Positions 12,525-26,600 of a stretch of 64,000 nucleotides of DNA are shown piece by piece. Under the pieces are notes generated by a model. The model had not been told where the DNA came from, searched no databases, and saw nothing but the letters and a program-made list of their open reading frames with translations. The stretch spans positions 114,266,001 through 114,330,000 of the forward strand of contig OZ296650.1 in NCBI GenBank assembly GCA_965655095.1, written 5' to 3'. The translations under genes and the position numbers were made by a program. Position 1 is the first letter of the stretch. Each line of letters starts with the position of its first letter. Source of the stretch: Haplodiscus bocki (lineage: Eukaryota).

Positions 12525-12592
12525 AAGTTTTTGGCAATGATGACTAATGATTGTGTTCGAGTGTGGATTGTATCGTGAGCGATTACTACAAG
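12525..12592 (+). other. Candidate 5' non-coding exon
   Basis: Acceptor ttttctacag at 12515-12524 and strong donor aag|gtaagg at 12592/12593, about 280 bp upstream of the next exon. Confidence 0.45.
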
Positions 12593-12875
12593 GTAAGGTG
12601 TTTGCAGTCCCATATAGATAGTTCTCTACAAAGAAGCATTGCCAGAGGTAGAATATCAGAGTCAAAGAAGAGCTTGGATTGACGGCTGAAAATTTTTGAG
12701 ATATAAAAATGAAATGTGAAACAAAAATGGCCTAGTCGACCGTCGTTTAGTGCTCAGCATAAGCTCTTAGAAGTTATGAAAGTTTTAATTTAGTTAATTG
12801 AGCATTTTAAACTGTCTAAACGCCCATCCAATACCGGACTTGAAGTCTTGCAACTATACTTGTTTGTCATTTCAG

Positions 12876-12917
12876 ATCATTGATCTTGACCATGGCTGCT
12901 GAACTGAATGTTGCGGC
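12876..12917 (+). CDS. Short exon with start codon (ATG 12892; MAAELNVA-A); candidate first coding exon of FIP1
   Basis: Acceptor tgtcatttcag, Kozak-like gaccATGG, consensus donor GC|gtaagt. Its phase-2 end matches the phase-2 start of the FIP1 exon at 60939. Confidence 0.55.
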
Positions 12918-14134
12918 GTAAGTTTGCTCTCAATTGAACTTTCCTTTTTAAAGCTGTAGGTTCTGTTCCTTATTTATGGAGATGAGTTGAAAATCACACA
13001 CAGCCTGTCTCCGTGTAATTATTTATGTTGCAACCACTATACATTTTGACGATTTGGTTTAAAACGAGGTGACTGAAAAATTAGGCATAGTGAAAAGTTG
13101 CAATGTAATCTAGTAGTTAAATGAAAATCCTAGGACCAATATTAGAGACGTTCCAAAGACTATCTTTTTAGGGAAAATTAATTATTTCTCAGAATTTTAA
13201 CATTTTCGCAAACTGAAAAAAGTATTTTCTGGCAAATATTGTGCTCAACAGATTGTACTGAATGCCCTCTGATTGGTGGTTTGATTTGATTATTGGATTC
13301 GGGTCAAAACTTGATGGAAGTTTTCAATTATTTGATACTGAAAAAAGGAAATTTATGTTTAAAGGTGGGAAATAGTAATTTTGATCTCGTTTTTCGACGT
13401 ACTCTTCGAGAGTTCATTTTTCAAAGAACTGTAAGAGTGAATAGTTTTGGGAAGATCCAAATGATCAAAAATGTCTACATGAATTTTTCTCTATCTAGTA
13501 TTATTTTTGAGAAGTTTGCGAAAAACTGCAAAGTTTTGTGCTTATATGCAATACATTCATGGTTAAGATGTGACAGTTTTTAACGGAATTTTCTAATTGT
13601 TTCGATTACTATTTTAAGCAAATAAAATAAGCATCTCAAAGGCTTTTTTATGAGTTTTCTCAGGGTGTCTTTATTTACTCCGATAGTCTATAATTTATTG
13701 ATTCAATCAGACTTACTCAGTCGCATTTCTTTGACACTACTGTATAGTAAATTTTGTAGCGTAAGAGATTTAATTCGCTCAAATTTATCTATGGATGCTT
13801 ATTGTGGCTGCTCATAAACTCAAGTAGATTTGCTCAGAGTCAAATTAATGCTCATTAAACAAATGATATTAAAGAACAAGCCAGGAATGGCCCAATTCGG
13901 GGTCGTCCGTTGTGATCGAACTACATGTACAGTAAATGAACCCGAATCTTAGGTGTGAAAAAGATTCGGACTAGCAAATTTTTGATATATGCTCAAAAAC
14001 ATGTGGAAATCTTAAGATGTGGTCGAAACAAAGGTTTCTTCGAACTTGATCTTAGAATTACAATGTTTGCTTGGAACTTTTAGGAATACTATTTCATTAC
14101 TTTGAAGATTTCGCGTCTACATGTTTTGAGATGG

Positions 14135-14192
14135 GTCACAACTTTTGATGTTTTAAGTGCCTGTGTCACAACTTTTGATGTTTTAAGTGCCT
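14135..14192. repeat. Exact 28-bp direct duplication (period 30)
   Basis: gtcacaacttttgatgttttaagtgcct at 14135 and 14165. Confidence 0.95.
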
Positions 14193-15299
14193 TTAACTCG
14201 GATAATATTTACATTTTGTTTCCTCACGAGATGCCCATCACCTACTGATTGCACTCAAAAGTTAGCAGCTGCCTAATAAAATGGATGGCAGTGCCCATAA
14301 AAATAAACAAACTTGGAGACTCAATTTGATACCTAATCTTGATACATGCAAGGTTAATTATTTTTGAAGGATTGTTATTTTTTATGGGTAGTCATTCATT
14401 TATTCGGTAGCTGCGAACTTTTGAATGCAATCAGTAGGCGATTGGGATCTTGGGAAGTGAATAAAATGCAAATAATATTAGAATTAAAGGGAATTAAAAC
14501 TTCAAAATTTGTGATGCAGGCACTTAAACCACCGAAAGTTGTGATGCAAAACGGAAGTCCTATGTTAATAAATGTAAACGCGAAATTTTTGAGCTAAAAA
14601 TTAGTAATCCTGGAAGTTCAAAACCAAACATCATTGTAAACTAGAGAAAATTATGAGAAACTTTTGATTCTCGTTTGTTTTTGGGCATGTGGCAAAAATG
14701 TACATTGTCCAACATTGCTCTCAAATAATGAGTGTGATCATTCATGACACTACTGTAGTCGTAGGTGTGTATTTTTATCTTTTGTTAGGACGATTATTGA
14801 TTGAGGGAGCCCAACTTTCGGTTCTTCATTTTCGTTAATAGCATTGCCAAAATTTTTCGGAACTTTCATGAAAACCAGTATCAATTTAGTCTGGATATAT
14901 TTGGCTAGGAAGAAAGCTGATGTGAAATGTAAAAATCCAAAAATGAACTCGAAATGGGGAATTTTCGCTATCTTTCAAGCACCTTTTGACCCTTCTTTGA
15001 AAGGAAATGGGCGAAGTTTTATTTAACTTTGATATGGATTATTTTTTTCCGTCGTAATATATTACGACAAAGTCATTTCCTGAGTATGCAGACCATTTCT
15101 CTCCGGAATTTGCCAATTTGGAGTGAACATGTTCATATATTTTTTAAAAAACTGAAATGTTTGTCTGGACACGTAGAATGCAGTTCTAACAACCCTGCCG
15201 AAAGAATTTCAATGAGAGTGCTATTTTTTTGCTCAAAATCCATAATTTTATTCAAATGCTTTCTAAAAAGTTTTCGCAAAATGCTCCTAGATATATGTA

Positions 15300-18200
15300 A
15301 TCGTCAGTTTTGATTTTGTTGAATGTTGAAACTCACTTTTCTTCACAACTACATGGTTCAACGCGAACATTAGCGTCTCAATCGGCAACCTTTTCCTTGA
15401 GGAGGACGTTTCAAAAAAATTATCAATGTTTTTTTTTCGTCCGAATCCTGACAGGCAGAAAATGTCAAGAATGCTATGAATACCTACAGATCTCACTTTT
15501 CAAACTCATAACTATCCAAAACTACCAGCTTGACTTATTGCATCAAAGGTTCAATCGACAGCTCTTTGCTTGAGGTGAACTATTCATTAAAACAATAATC
15601 GATTTTATTCCTTCTATCGGTTTCCTGATAATGCAAAAAGGGCAATTAGTTTTGATACGTCTCAATATTCAAATTTTTGTTTCTCAATTTTGGCTTGACT
15701 TCTTCCATCAAAGTTTCTCTCAGTAGCAGTCTGGAATTGTCATTTTTTGTTCTGCCTCGCTTCTGATCCTCCGAAAATGCCAAAAAGTACTCAAAAAATT
15801 GACGTATCTCGACATTCAAATTCATAATTCTTGCTTGCCTACCTACTTCACTCCTCCTGCAGAGGTCTCAATCAGTAGTGTTTTCTGGAAGATGACTCAT
15901 TAAAAACTTTGCGTTTTCTGCCGAACTTTATGAAAATGAAACGAAACTTTTTCAGACCACCATACTGGAGAATTGGAGGCTTTTTTTTCCACATTCAACT
16001 CATTTTTTTGTTCAAAACTCAATGTTCCTCCATCTACTTGACGGTTTTTTCCGGTTTGTGCAGAACCGTGACGACAAGACTCTTCTTTATCACCTACTGT
16101 TCTTTGGTTGCTGTCTAATATTTATCCTCGGTTTTCCTTGCGATACTGGAAAGCTTGAAAAGCGAGCTCCTTTCATCCAATTTCACCACTTTTGTCATGT
16201 TATAGGGTGTTTTTTTTCATCTCGTGTGGGACTCCAAATTGCTGGCATTTTGCACAGGCTCAACTATTTATGTCTTGTCATCTTATCTTGAATTCCAGCT
16301 CCGGTCCGACAGTTTTTCGATCTGTCTTTCTGCTAAATAAAGGTGGAAATCCAGCTTTTTTTCGAAGTTTTTCTGGAACTTCAAATATTTTATTTTGGCA
16401 CCTGACCCTTCAATTTTGAACAGACATCAGAAAACTCAAATCTTTCGAATCTTTTCTTTGTTGCTGTGGCAATGTTTTTCCATTCGTTTCTTTTCCAAAC
16501 ATATCTTGAGAATCGACATTTTTTTTCAACTTCTGCCGTCAATTTTTAGTCCTTTGTACTCGAAAACAATCCGAGAAAAACCCTCAGTTTGGCAGGGCAC
16601 AGGAAAAAGGCACAAGTTTTCAATCTGCATCGTTTGGTTGCAGAGGGAGTGTTTTCTGTTGGGATTTTTTGCGAAGTGTCCTGAAAATTGAGATGTTTTT
16701 GGTCTTACGGGAATGCATGTCAATCTGAAGTCTTTCATTTTGGCACCGAGGTCTTCAACTTAATTGATTTTTGTATAACTTCAATCAAAAACTCCATTTC
16801 GTGAAATAGTAATTTTTGTTTTTGTTGTCAATACTTCTCGATAGGTTTTTTTCTGCGAATAAATTTCGAAAATCGACTTTCATTACTTCTGTCAGTTTGA
16901 AGTCCTTTATACTGTAAGTTACTCAAAGTAAATCCAATTTTGCACAGGGTCAATGAAAAACCTGAGTCGATTGTCTCTTGCAGTCTGACTGCAGTCACTG
17001 AAAACAGAACTTTTCGATTGGTTCCTCTGGCGAGAAAATTCTCAAAATTAGCTATTTGAACTTTATTGGCAATTTTAGCACAGTGTCTCAATCTCAAAAG
17101 ATGAGCCTGAAAAAGACTCAGATCCTCCTTCGGCATAACAAGAAGACTCTATTCTTTCATCTGTCATTTCGTGTTGGAGAACAGAAGTTTTTGCGAGGGT
17201 CCTCCGGCAACAGAACGTGATAATCAATTTGATTTCACTTTTCGAATATTTGTCTAAATTCGTTTTCTTCTGGCAGTTACATTAAAAAGTACCAAAATTT
17301 TAGAGAACGGCTTTTATCTTGACATTTAGATCTTCAATTCACTTGACTTTTGTCTAGTTCTACTCAGACACTCCTGATTATGAGATGGTAGCTTTCCTTT
17401 TCGGTGCCAGTTTTTTTCGATAGTCTTTTTTTCTGCGAATAAATGGTAAAAATCAAACTTGTCAATTTCTTGTCAATTTCATGTCCTGTATACTGGAAAT
17501 AAATCCAAAAAATCAAAGTTTGGCCCATGATTATTGGGAGACCTTGGACTATTATCTTATACGGTTTGTCTGCAGTCACAATTCTCAGAATCTATCGATA
17601 GGTTGTTTAGCGACAATCAAGCGCTTTCCGGCTACTTTGATCTTTTGCCGTACTGTGTGTCAAAAGATGATCCTGAAAGGGGCCCAAGTTCTCCAGTGGA
17701 ATAACCAGGAATCTCCAGTCTTCTGTTTTTTATCTACTTTCTTGCGGTCGCGGTTAAAAAATTTTGCCAGCTTTTTCTGCGAGAGATTGTGATAATCGAG
17801 CTTTTTGATAGTTTTGAACTTTTGATCAGTTTTCATTCTATTCGGACGGTTGCGTCTAAAAATGATCAGTTTTTTCAATGCATTATCAAGGTTCCAATTT
17901 TTTTCTCTGGTTTGTGAGTTTCGATCAGAATGTTTTTTAACATGTTTTCAATGGAATAAACTTCAAGATGGCGGTTTAATGGCCATTCGCATTTTTGCGA
18001 ATCTTTTGTCCTGTATTCTGAATGCATTGTCTGAAAATGAGGTTGATTTGGCTGTGCATCAATAGGAACACTCCAATATACTCCACACTCTTATTTAGTT
18101 ACAGGTATAAAGTTTTTTTTGATACCTTTCGTCCGGAAAAAATCAAAATCGATCCATATTGATAACTTTTGAAAGTTTAGTTATGTCATGCGTGGAGCAC

Positions 18201-18480
18201 TGATGTTTCATTCAAAAATTGATGGCAGGGTTTCCTGTTTTTTGGGAAGCTTTTGCTCTGAGTTACCGCTGCGCCGTTAGTTCGTATGCTTTATCTTGCT
18301 TCCGCTTTCGTGACAGTCCGAAATTGCCACAAACGTTTGTAATTTTTCATCCAAGTTTTCGAAGTCGTATTTTTCCACAACTAGGAGCGTGATTTCTTTC
18401 ATCGAGAGCTCAAGCGATACCTCTTTAGTTGCGGAGGACGTTTCAGTGGAAAAATGGTGCGCCGGGATCCTTATAGTCCG
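15300..18480 (-). repeat. Cryptic degenerate tandem repeat, period about 150-180 bp (old satellite or decayed repeat-protein gene)
   Basis: Recurring - strand peptides: AFLTFSACQDSDEKK-NIDNFFETSSSRKRLPIETLM (~15360-15480), ETLMEEVKPKLRNKNLNIETYQ (~15655-15720), FSTETSSATKEVSLELSMKEITLLVVEK (~18370-18455). Confidence 0.65.
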
Positions 18481-19749
18481 AAAAAGCCCAACAATGATAA
18501 TATTTTTACATCCCTTTTTTCAATTTCTTGTTTCTCCATAACTTTTAGCTTGGCTTCTGTGATCAAGGTACTAGTTGACCAGAAAGTGCAACTGTTTTTC
18601 TTTTGTCGATATTCAAGCTCATAGTTTTCTGAAGTTTTGCGATATAATTTTGCTTGTGCAGGTGCATTAAATTTTTGTAATGACCTAAATATGTAGAAAA
18701 TTACAACTTGAAGAATCAAACAAAAGACAGAGACCTAAATTTTTCTGAAAAGTTCTCAATCGAAAACCACTTGTTACATGTTCGATCAATCATAACCTTT
18801 TTGACGGAAATTTCCGCAGCGCGATTAGCCAATTGTTAACTATAAACCAAATTTGAGAAGCAGAGAAAAGTCAAAACTCTCATCATTCCTTCTCGAAGAC
18901 GGAAAATCGACTTTGTTGGTTATCTACTCCCGCCACAAAGTATAATTTGGGGAAGGTGGCGAATAATAAATGAATACATGCACAAGCTTAGTGAGTTAAA
19001 GAGTATCGCCAGTCATAGTAGGAGAATGAAGAGTGGAGTAAACACTTGCAGGACAGGTTTCAAGTAATATATATAGAAAAATCACTGCTGTAGTCTGTTT
19101 TGATTAAAAATAAAACGCCGAATAAAAGTCAAACCGCACGACGTCAAGGTCAATTATGAGATACGCTGACAGCGTTCTGGACATTCTGCATTTTACAAGA
19201 AAAGTATGATTCTTTGGAAACAAAAGTGATAATCTCCTGAATCAGTGATTTGACCGCTTCGCGGAAACAAATGCAGCTGTCGCTAATCACCCGAAGAGGT
19301 AGCTAGCGGTAGTGCTGATGATGACCGGAATCGCTATTGTCAATTTGAAATGGTTGTCCATTTTTGCAAGTAGTGGATTTTTTTTCCGTCCAAAAAATTT
19401 TCGAGAGGAAAATGTTCAATTCAGTATGGGAGTTTTTCCTTTTCCTGGAATTACCCATGACACGCAAACTACTCGAAGTTCCGCAGACTTTAGTTAGTCG
19501 CCACGTACAGACTGCACTGCAAGCATGAACTTTTAATGCCTTGCTGAGTTCGAACGTGACTTTTGACCGCTGTTAGGTAGTGCGTTTGAATACCTCTGGA
19601 AGGCGTTCCTTTCAATTTTTTAGATACTGCTATACAATTCTTGAATTTTATCATTCCAAAAAACCACGTTTATCGGATTTATTGAGAATTTTTCACTGGA
19701 TTGCTAATTGTTGTTGGGAAACTTCCATTGAAAGAGACTGCTCTTTAAA

Positions 19750-20650
19750 ATTTTTCCGACGTGTGTCGACTTTTCTGAAAAGCCGAAAATATATAATTCT
19801 TTTTTCTATAAAATTCTTGTAATCTTTTTCTATAAAAAATCGATATAAATATGAGTTTTTCCGGATTTCAGTGTTTCGTTTTTTTTCTGGAGCCTAGTGT
19901 TTGCGGACCCTACGAAAAAACCGTCCACCATGATTGTAGTCGACAGATTTTCTCTTGTATCTAGTTTTTTATTGAGACGTCATTCTTTTTCTTCCTTACG
20001 TTGGACTCTTGATAAAGCCGAAAGTCCAAAAAAGTGATGTTTTTTTTGATATGTCTCAATATTCACACTCATTTCTTCGACGCCACGTTTCAGTTCATCC
20101 ATCAAGTTCTCAGTCTACAGCTTTCTACTTGTTGAGGACTTTTCAATTGAAAGATTGTTGATTCTGTTCCCTGCGTTGGAATTCTGTTCGGCCGAAAATT
20201 TTAAAAAATGCTTTCAGAATTGAAAATTCTCAATTTTCAGACACATTTCTTGAAAATGACCGACTTGGTTTCATCCATCAATGTAGTATTTAACAGCTAT
20301 TTTTTCAGGTGGATATTCGAATTGAAAATCATCGATTTTCTGACAAGCATCAGAATCTTGATAGACCGAAAAAGCTGAAGTGTATTTGTAAATGTCACCT
20401 CTTTTATCCGGTCTCAATTCTCAAAAGCCGCGTGCGTGTTAGCTATCATCAGGGTCTCCCTCGACAACTTTTTACTGTGTGAAGCTGTCTCTGTGAAAAA
20501 TTTTTGATACACATTCGAGGAATCATTTCTCCACCCTTCTGAGGAAAAATATCGCACAGTTACCGCGCCTCTTGTTCCATATATTCCAACGAAAAACTCG
20601 TTGTCTATGATTTTGATCTAGGCGAAAACAACGAACCAAAATGGAACTCC
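19750..20650 (-). repeat. Second block of the same ~170-bp degenerate repeat; its right part forms the start of each 4.1-kb array unit
   Basis: INDFSIEKSSTSRKL.TENLMDELKRGVEEMSVNIETYQ and LMDETKSVI...LKIENF recur at ~20054, 20226 and 20410. Confidence 0.65.
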
Positions 20651-23600
20651 TGGAATGCTCAATGAGTTTTCATTTAGGCTTTTTATTTGGGTATAGGCTC
20701 TAAAAGGATACAACCGCCAGTAAACTACCTAGTTTACAATCAACAACTGTCGTCATTTGAAGACAGTTTTAAAGAACAATGAATTCTTCCAACAGCTCAA
20801 CTCCTTAACCTCAGTCATTCATTTCATTACACTCACTCTAGGGGCTGGAGTGTGCATAAATATGACTGCGTTTATACGCTTGTGTAAATTTTTCATTTGG
20901 GTTTTTATCCTCGCGTGTTCATTTGGCCAGCAAGTTGGCTATTATAATTTTCAGTGCCCTCAGGGCCAACTGAATTGACTGAAAAATACCAGACCGCTAT
21001 ATTTTCAACAGTCCGTAAACAACTTGCTCCAGCTCATTGCAGTACGGCTTTTCAAAAGAACAGCCACTGGAAAATATGATTCACCTCATCTCCGGAATGT
21101 TAGCAGTTTCACAAAAATTTCAGATCAACAAAAACATCCATTTTCTTAGTAGCAATCTGATACAGGTTATGTCAGATCTGCAACGAGCAACAACTTGCCA
21201 ATCCAACTCAAGCAACCCGAAACGACCTTTCGATGTTGGTTCCTCTCCAATTTCATTTCAATGGTTTTTTTTGAAACAAAACTCGTAAACATTGTTTATG
21301 CTATGGAATTGGGGATGGCGCCTCTTCTTCCCCCTACCTACAACGCCTGTTTTCATCCTACCTCATGCCTATGAAGATGTTTGATTTTCTTACCGATTCG
21401 AGACGGTCTGAAAAAAAGTTTTTCGAATGAGTGCTTCACAAAAATAGCTTGAAGTCAGTTTGCATGTAAAATTTAAAAAGCCTAATTAGCTTTGATAGAA
21501 ACGTCCTCAATATATGCTGTTTTACCAATTGTTGCCGACTAGACAAAATCAAAATCATACGCTCCTTTAAAAAAGTTGCAGCGTCAAAAGTTATGAAAGC
21601 GAAAGTTTTTCCAGCAGTGCGAACTATTAGTAAACCACAACCGAATAATACAGGAATTCTGTCATTTTTGTCGCGATCAAAGGCTTTTCTATGTCCATAG
21701 GACCTTGTATAAATTTTGCAGCGTGCAAAATGGCTAACGTGGAAAGATTTCGACTTACGCGAATCCTTCTGCCTCATTAAGAGCTCGTCTGATTGCATGT
21801 TGTCTTTTTCTTGGCCCAGCTAAAGCCAGTTTTGGGTGCAAAGGGACCTGTTAAAAGCACGTAGCGTGCGAATTGTCTGAATTGGAGTTCTTTGCGTCAC
21901 GCGAATCTTCTGACTAATTTAAAGCACAAATGGCTGCATTTTTTTGCCCAGCCAAAGCTAAGTTTGTGTACCTGGGGCACTGTAAAAATTATGTACCGTG
22001 CAGTGGCTGAACTGCAGGAAGCTGGCGTTATGCGAGTTTATGTCCTGCATGATTTAAATCATTCCCTATTGCATCTCATTTTTATTTTTGCCCCAACCGA
22101 AGCCAGTCTTATTCATATAGGGCCCTATAAAAAGTGGGAAGTGCGAATAGTTTCGATTAAAAAAATATTCGCGCTACGAGAACTCTACTCCATCCTCTTT
22201 CGTAAAGCACAAATAGTTGCGTTTTGTCGTTTTTTTGTCTGAACCACAGCCATTTTTGTGTGTTTAGGGCCTTGTAAATTGTGTATAGACAAATTGGCTG
22301 TGGTGGAATTTTCAGAACTGCAAGGGCAGCAGCAAGGGCTGCCTCAACTCTGCAGAGTAACTTTGAAAGAGTTCTAAAACTTGTATTTCCAGTTTCTCCA
22401 CTTCCGCAACGAACGAGACGCCCATCAAGTTCTCTTTGACCACTAAAAACGAGGCCTCCTGTCGCACCGACACAATATCTAGTGAATTCACCTAAAAGGG
22501 TCCGGAACAAAGGTTTTTTTTGTGGCGTGTTTGTCAGGTCAAAAACACAACTATCTTCGACAAGCAATTCCCGTCAGAAGATTCGAATTTGTTCAGTATT
22601 TTTGGACGCTACTGTGGCAGTGGAAACCCATCAGTGGTAAGCGTATGAGACAATGGAGTACTCTTTTAGAAGATCTTTCCAAGACCTTGTTGAAATAGAC
22701 TACGACGAAATTCGTTGCGATGTTCCTGTCTCATCAGACGGGGAATCCGTTGACGATTTTCACCCGTTCAACATTCATGCTGACTGGTACAACTCGAGTT
22801 CGATTTTAAACTATATAGTTACAAACCGTGGAGAAAAGCGAGGAGTTCGAGCCCTCAGAATATCTGTAGAAACTGCTCACTCCCCGTGCATTGTCTTGGG
22901 TGTTTTGAAATTTTCGTACAATTTCCGAGGATTGACGCCCGATGTAACTGGAAGTCACGTACTTCTTTAAAATCGGGACGTAGGAGATAATGTTGTGATA
23001 GAGAACGATGCTTTTATGATCACTCCTGATGAAAGTTTGGACTGAATTGAAAACGCTTGGCTGAGCAACAGTATTGTTGACGAAATGGTAGAATTTTTTA
23101 CTCTTTGTCGACTTTGGTGAGAGCTGCCTGCGTTTTAGCCTCAACTACACTGTTCCGCCAAAGAAAGTCTTTTTTAAACGCGTTGAGCCGCAGCAATTTC
23201 GATTCTGCAAAGACAACCGAAGTTTTCATCTTTGCATAGACCTTCAACTGCCCCAAGAAGTTGAGGGCACAATGTCCCCAGTTTTTGCCCAACATGTACT
23301 ATGAGCAAGCGGAAGATCTATTTGTATCTCAATGGCCCAACCAGTTCACCAAACATTCGGTGGACGATTTCTATTTCTCACATTGATGCGAAGATGGAGA
23401 AGAGAGGGAATCTAATCCATTCACAACGGCACGGAAGTCCCTTCAGATGCAGTCAAACTTACTAGAGAGCCTACAAAACTTTTGTAAATGTTAAGGCCAA
23501 GGCGGTCGGGCCTTCTCTGGAACTTTTTGTGTGTTCGTGTTTAGAAATGTTACAACATAATAGTTCGTGTTTTGCGTTTCAGCAATGAGGTGAACGAGCA

Positions 23601-26600
23601 TTCTTCGTTGGGAAAGAATGACTATTGGAGTTGAGATTCAGTTTATACATCCAAGGAGTGCATTGTAAAGAGTTGTGTTCAATAGGTTTTTTTCCAAGTG
23701 AGTGTGTCTGTTGAAAAAACATGAGCTTGAGTTGGTATGTTGTGTAATTCGAAAGAGTTCAAGAGAAGAGACGAAGAAGGTCAGATTTGCCTGGTTGCTA
23801 ACCTAATAAGCCCTCAACTTTGAATGGAAAATGCCCCCACAAGCTGACGAAAGGAGCCACAATAAATGGCCGGACAATTCGAATCCGCGAAACCATTGGT
23901 TTCGATTGCGGGTGAACTTCTACGAAGTTTTGCAACATACATTGGTCTCGGGTAGTTTAAAGCTCTCTTTGAGTGTGGCCCTTGTTACCGCGAAAGCCAT
24001 TATTTTTTCACAATCTAAGACTTGACCGGTTTCTCGACGCTGTTGGTTTCCGTGAAGACCACGACTGAACCTTCAGGTATCATTATATAGTTTGCCGTTT
24101 GAATTTAACCGAGCATTAGAAGTGGCCTTGATATTGGAGTCCATGGGAGCCTCGATTTCGCCGGGACATCGTCTTTCAACAAAAAAGCAGCCTACTTCTC
24201 AGTCTACAGCTTTCTACTTGTAGAAGATTTTTCTATTGAAAAATCGTTGATTCTGTTCCCTGCATTGGACTTCTGTTCGGCCGAAATTTCTAAAAATGCT
24301 TTCAGAATTGAAAATTCTCGTTTTTCAGACGCCTTCTTTGAAAATGACCGACTTGATTTCATCCATCAATGTAATATTTAACAGCTTTTTATTTTTTCAG
24401 GTGGATATTCGCATCGAAAATCATCGATTTTCTGACAAGCATCAGAATCTTGATAGACCGAAAAAGCTGAAGTGTATTTGTAAATGTCACCTCTTTTATC
24501 CGGTCTCAATTCTCAAAAGCCGGGTGCGTGTTAGCTATCATCAGGGCCTCCCTCGACAACTTTTTACTGTGTCAAAGCTGTCTCTGTGAAAAATTTTTGA
24601 TACACGTTCGAGGAATCATTTCTGGACCCTTCTGAGGAAAAATATCGCACAGGTACCGCGCCTCTCGTTCCATATATTCCAACGAAAAACTCGTTGTCTA
24701 CGATTTTGATCTAGGCGAAAACAACGAACCAAAATGGAACTCCTGGAATGCTCAATGAGTTTTCATTTAGGCTTTTTAGTTGGGTATAGGCTCTAAAAGG
24801 ATACAACCGCCAGTAAACTACCTAGTTTACAATCACCAATTGTCGTCGTTTGAAGACAGTTTTAAAGAACAATGAATTCTTCCAACAGTTCAACTCCTTA
24901 ACCTCAGTCATTCATTTCATTACACTCACTCTAGGGGCTGGAGTTTTTCAACAACGGCTGTGTGCATAAATATGACTGCGTTTATACGCTTGTGTAAATT
25001 TTTCATTTGGGTTTTTATCCTCGCGTGTTCATTTGGCCAGCAAGTTGGCTATTATAATTTTCAGTGCCCTCAGGGCCAACTGAATTGACTGAAAAATACC
25101 AGACCGCTATATTTTCAACAGTCCGTAAACAACTTGCTCCAGCTCATTGCAGTACGGCTTTTCAAAAGAACAGCCACTGGAAAATATGATTCACCTCATC
25201 TCCGGAATGTTAGCAGTTTCACAAAAATTTCAACTTCAGATCAACAAAAACATCCATTTTCTTAGTAGCAATCTGGTACAGGATATGTCAGATCTGCAAC
25301 AAGCAACAACTTGCCAATCCAACTCAAGCAACCCGAAACGACCTTTCGATGTTGGTTCCTCTCCAATTTCATTCCAATGGTTTTTTATAAAACAAAACTC
25401 GTAAACATTGTTAATGCTATGGAATTGGGGATGGCACCTCTTCTTCCCCCTACTTACAACGCCTGTATTCATCCTCGCTCATGCCTATGAAGATGTTTGA
25501 TTTTCTTACCGATTCGCGACAGTCTGAAAAAAAGTTTTTCGAATGAGTGCTTCACAAAAATAGCTTGCAGTCAGTTTGCATGTAAAATTTAAAAAGCCTA
25601 ATTAGCTTTGATAGAAACCTCAATATATGCTGTTTTACCAATTGTTGCTCACTAGACAAAATCAAAATCATACGCTCCTGTAAAAAAATGTGCAGCGTCA
25701 AAAGTTACGAAAGCGAAAGTTTTTCCAGCAGTGCGAACCATTAGTAAACCACAACCGAATAATACAGGAATTCTGTCTTTGTCGCGATCAAAGGCTTTTC
25801 TATGTCCATAGGACCTTGTATAAATTTTGCAGCACGCAAAATGGCTAACGTGGAAAGAGTTCGTGTTACGCGAATCTTTCTCCTGCCTCATTAAGAGCTC
25901 GTCTGATTGCATGTTGTCTTTTTCTTGGCCCAGCTAAAGCCAGTTTTGGGTGCAAAGGGACCTGTTAAAAGTACGTAGCGTGCGAATTGTCTGAATTGGA
26001 GTATTTTGCGTCACGCGAATCTTCTGACTAATTTAAAGCAGAAATGGCTGCATTTTTTTGCCCAGCCAAAGCTAAGTGTGTGTACCTGGGGCACTGTGAA
26101 AATTATGTACCGTGCAGTGGCTGGACTGCAAGAAGCTCGCGTTATGCGATTCTACGTCCTGCATGATTTAAATCATTTCCTATTGCATCTCATCTGTATT
26201 TTTGCCCCAACCGAAGCCAGTCTTATCCATATAGGGCCCTATAAAAAGTGTGAAGTGCGAATAGTTTCGATTAAAAAAATATTCGCGCTACGAGAACTCT
26301 ACTCCATCCTCTTTCGTAAAGCACAAATAGTTGCGTTTTGTCGTTTTTTGTGTGAACCACAGCCATTCTTGTGTGTTTAGGGCCTTGTAAATTGTGTATA
26401 GCCAAATTGGCTGTGGTGGAATTTTCAGAACTTCAAGGGTTGCCTCAACTCTGCAGAGTGACTTTGAAAGAGTTCTAAAACTTGTATTTCCAGTTTCTCC
26501 TTTTCCGCAACGAACGAGACGTCCATCAAGTTCTCTTTGACCACTAAAAACGAGGCCTCCTGTCGCACCGACACAATATCTAGTGAATTCACCTAAAAGG

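Noticed and set aside
15480-17140. Possible Polinton DNA polymerase B (ENLCLF, YEFEC, KLVVL..DL motifs on -)
   Set aside because: These strings fall at equivalent positions of the ~170-bp repeat (QIENL/KIENF/NIETY), and no polymerase catalytic motifs were found.
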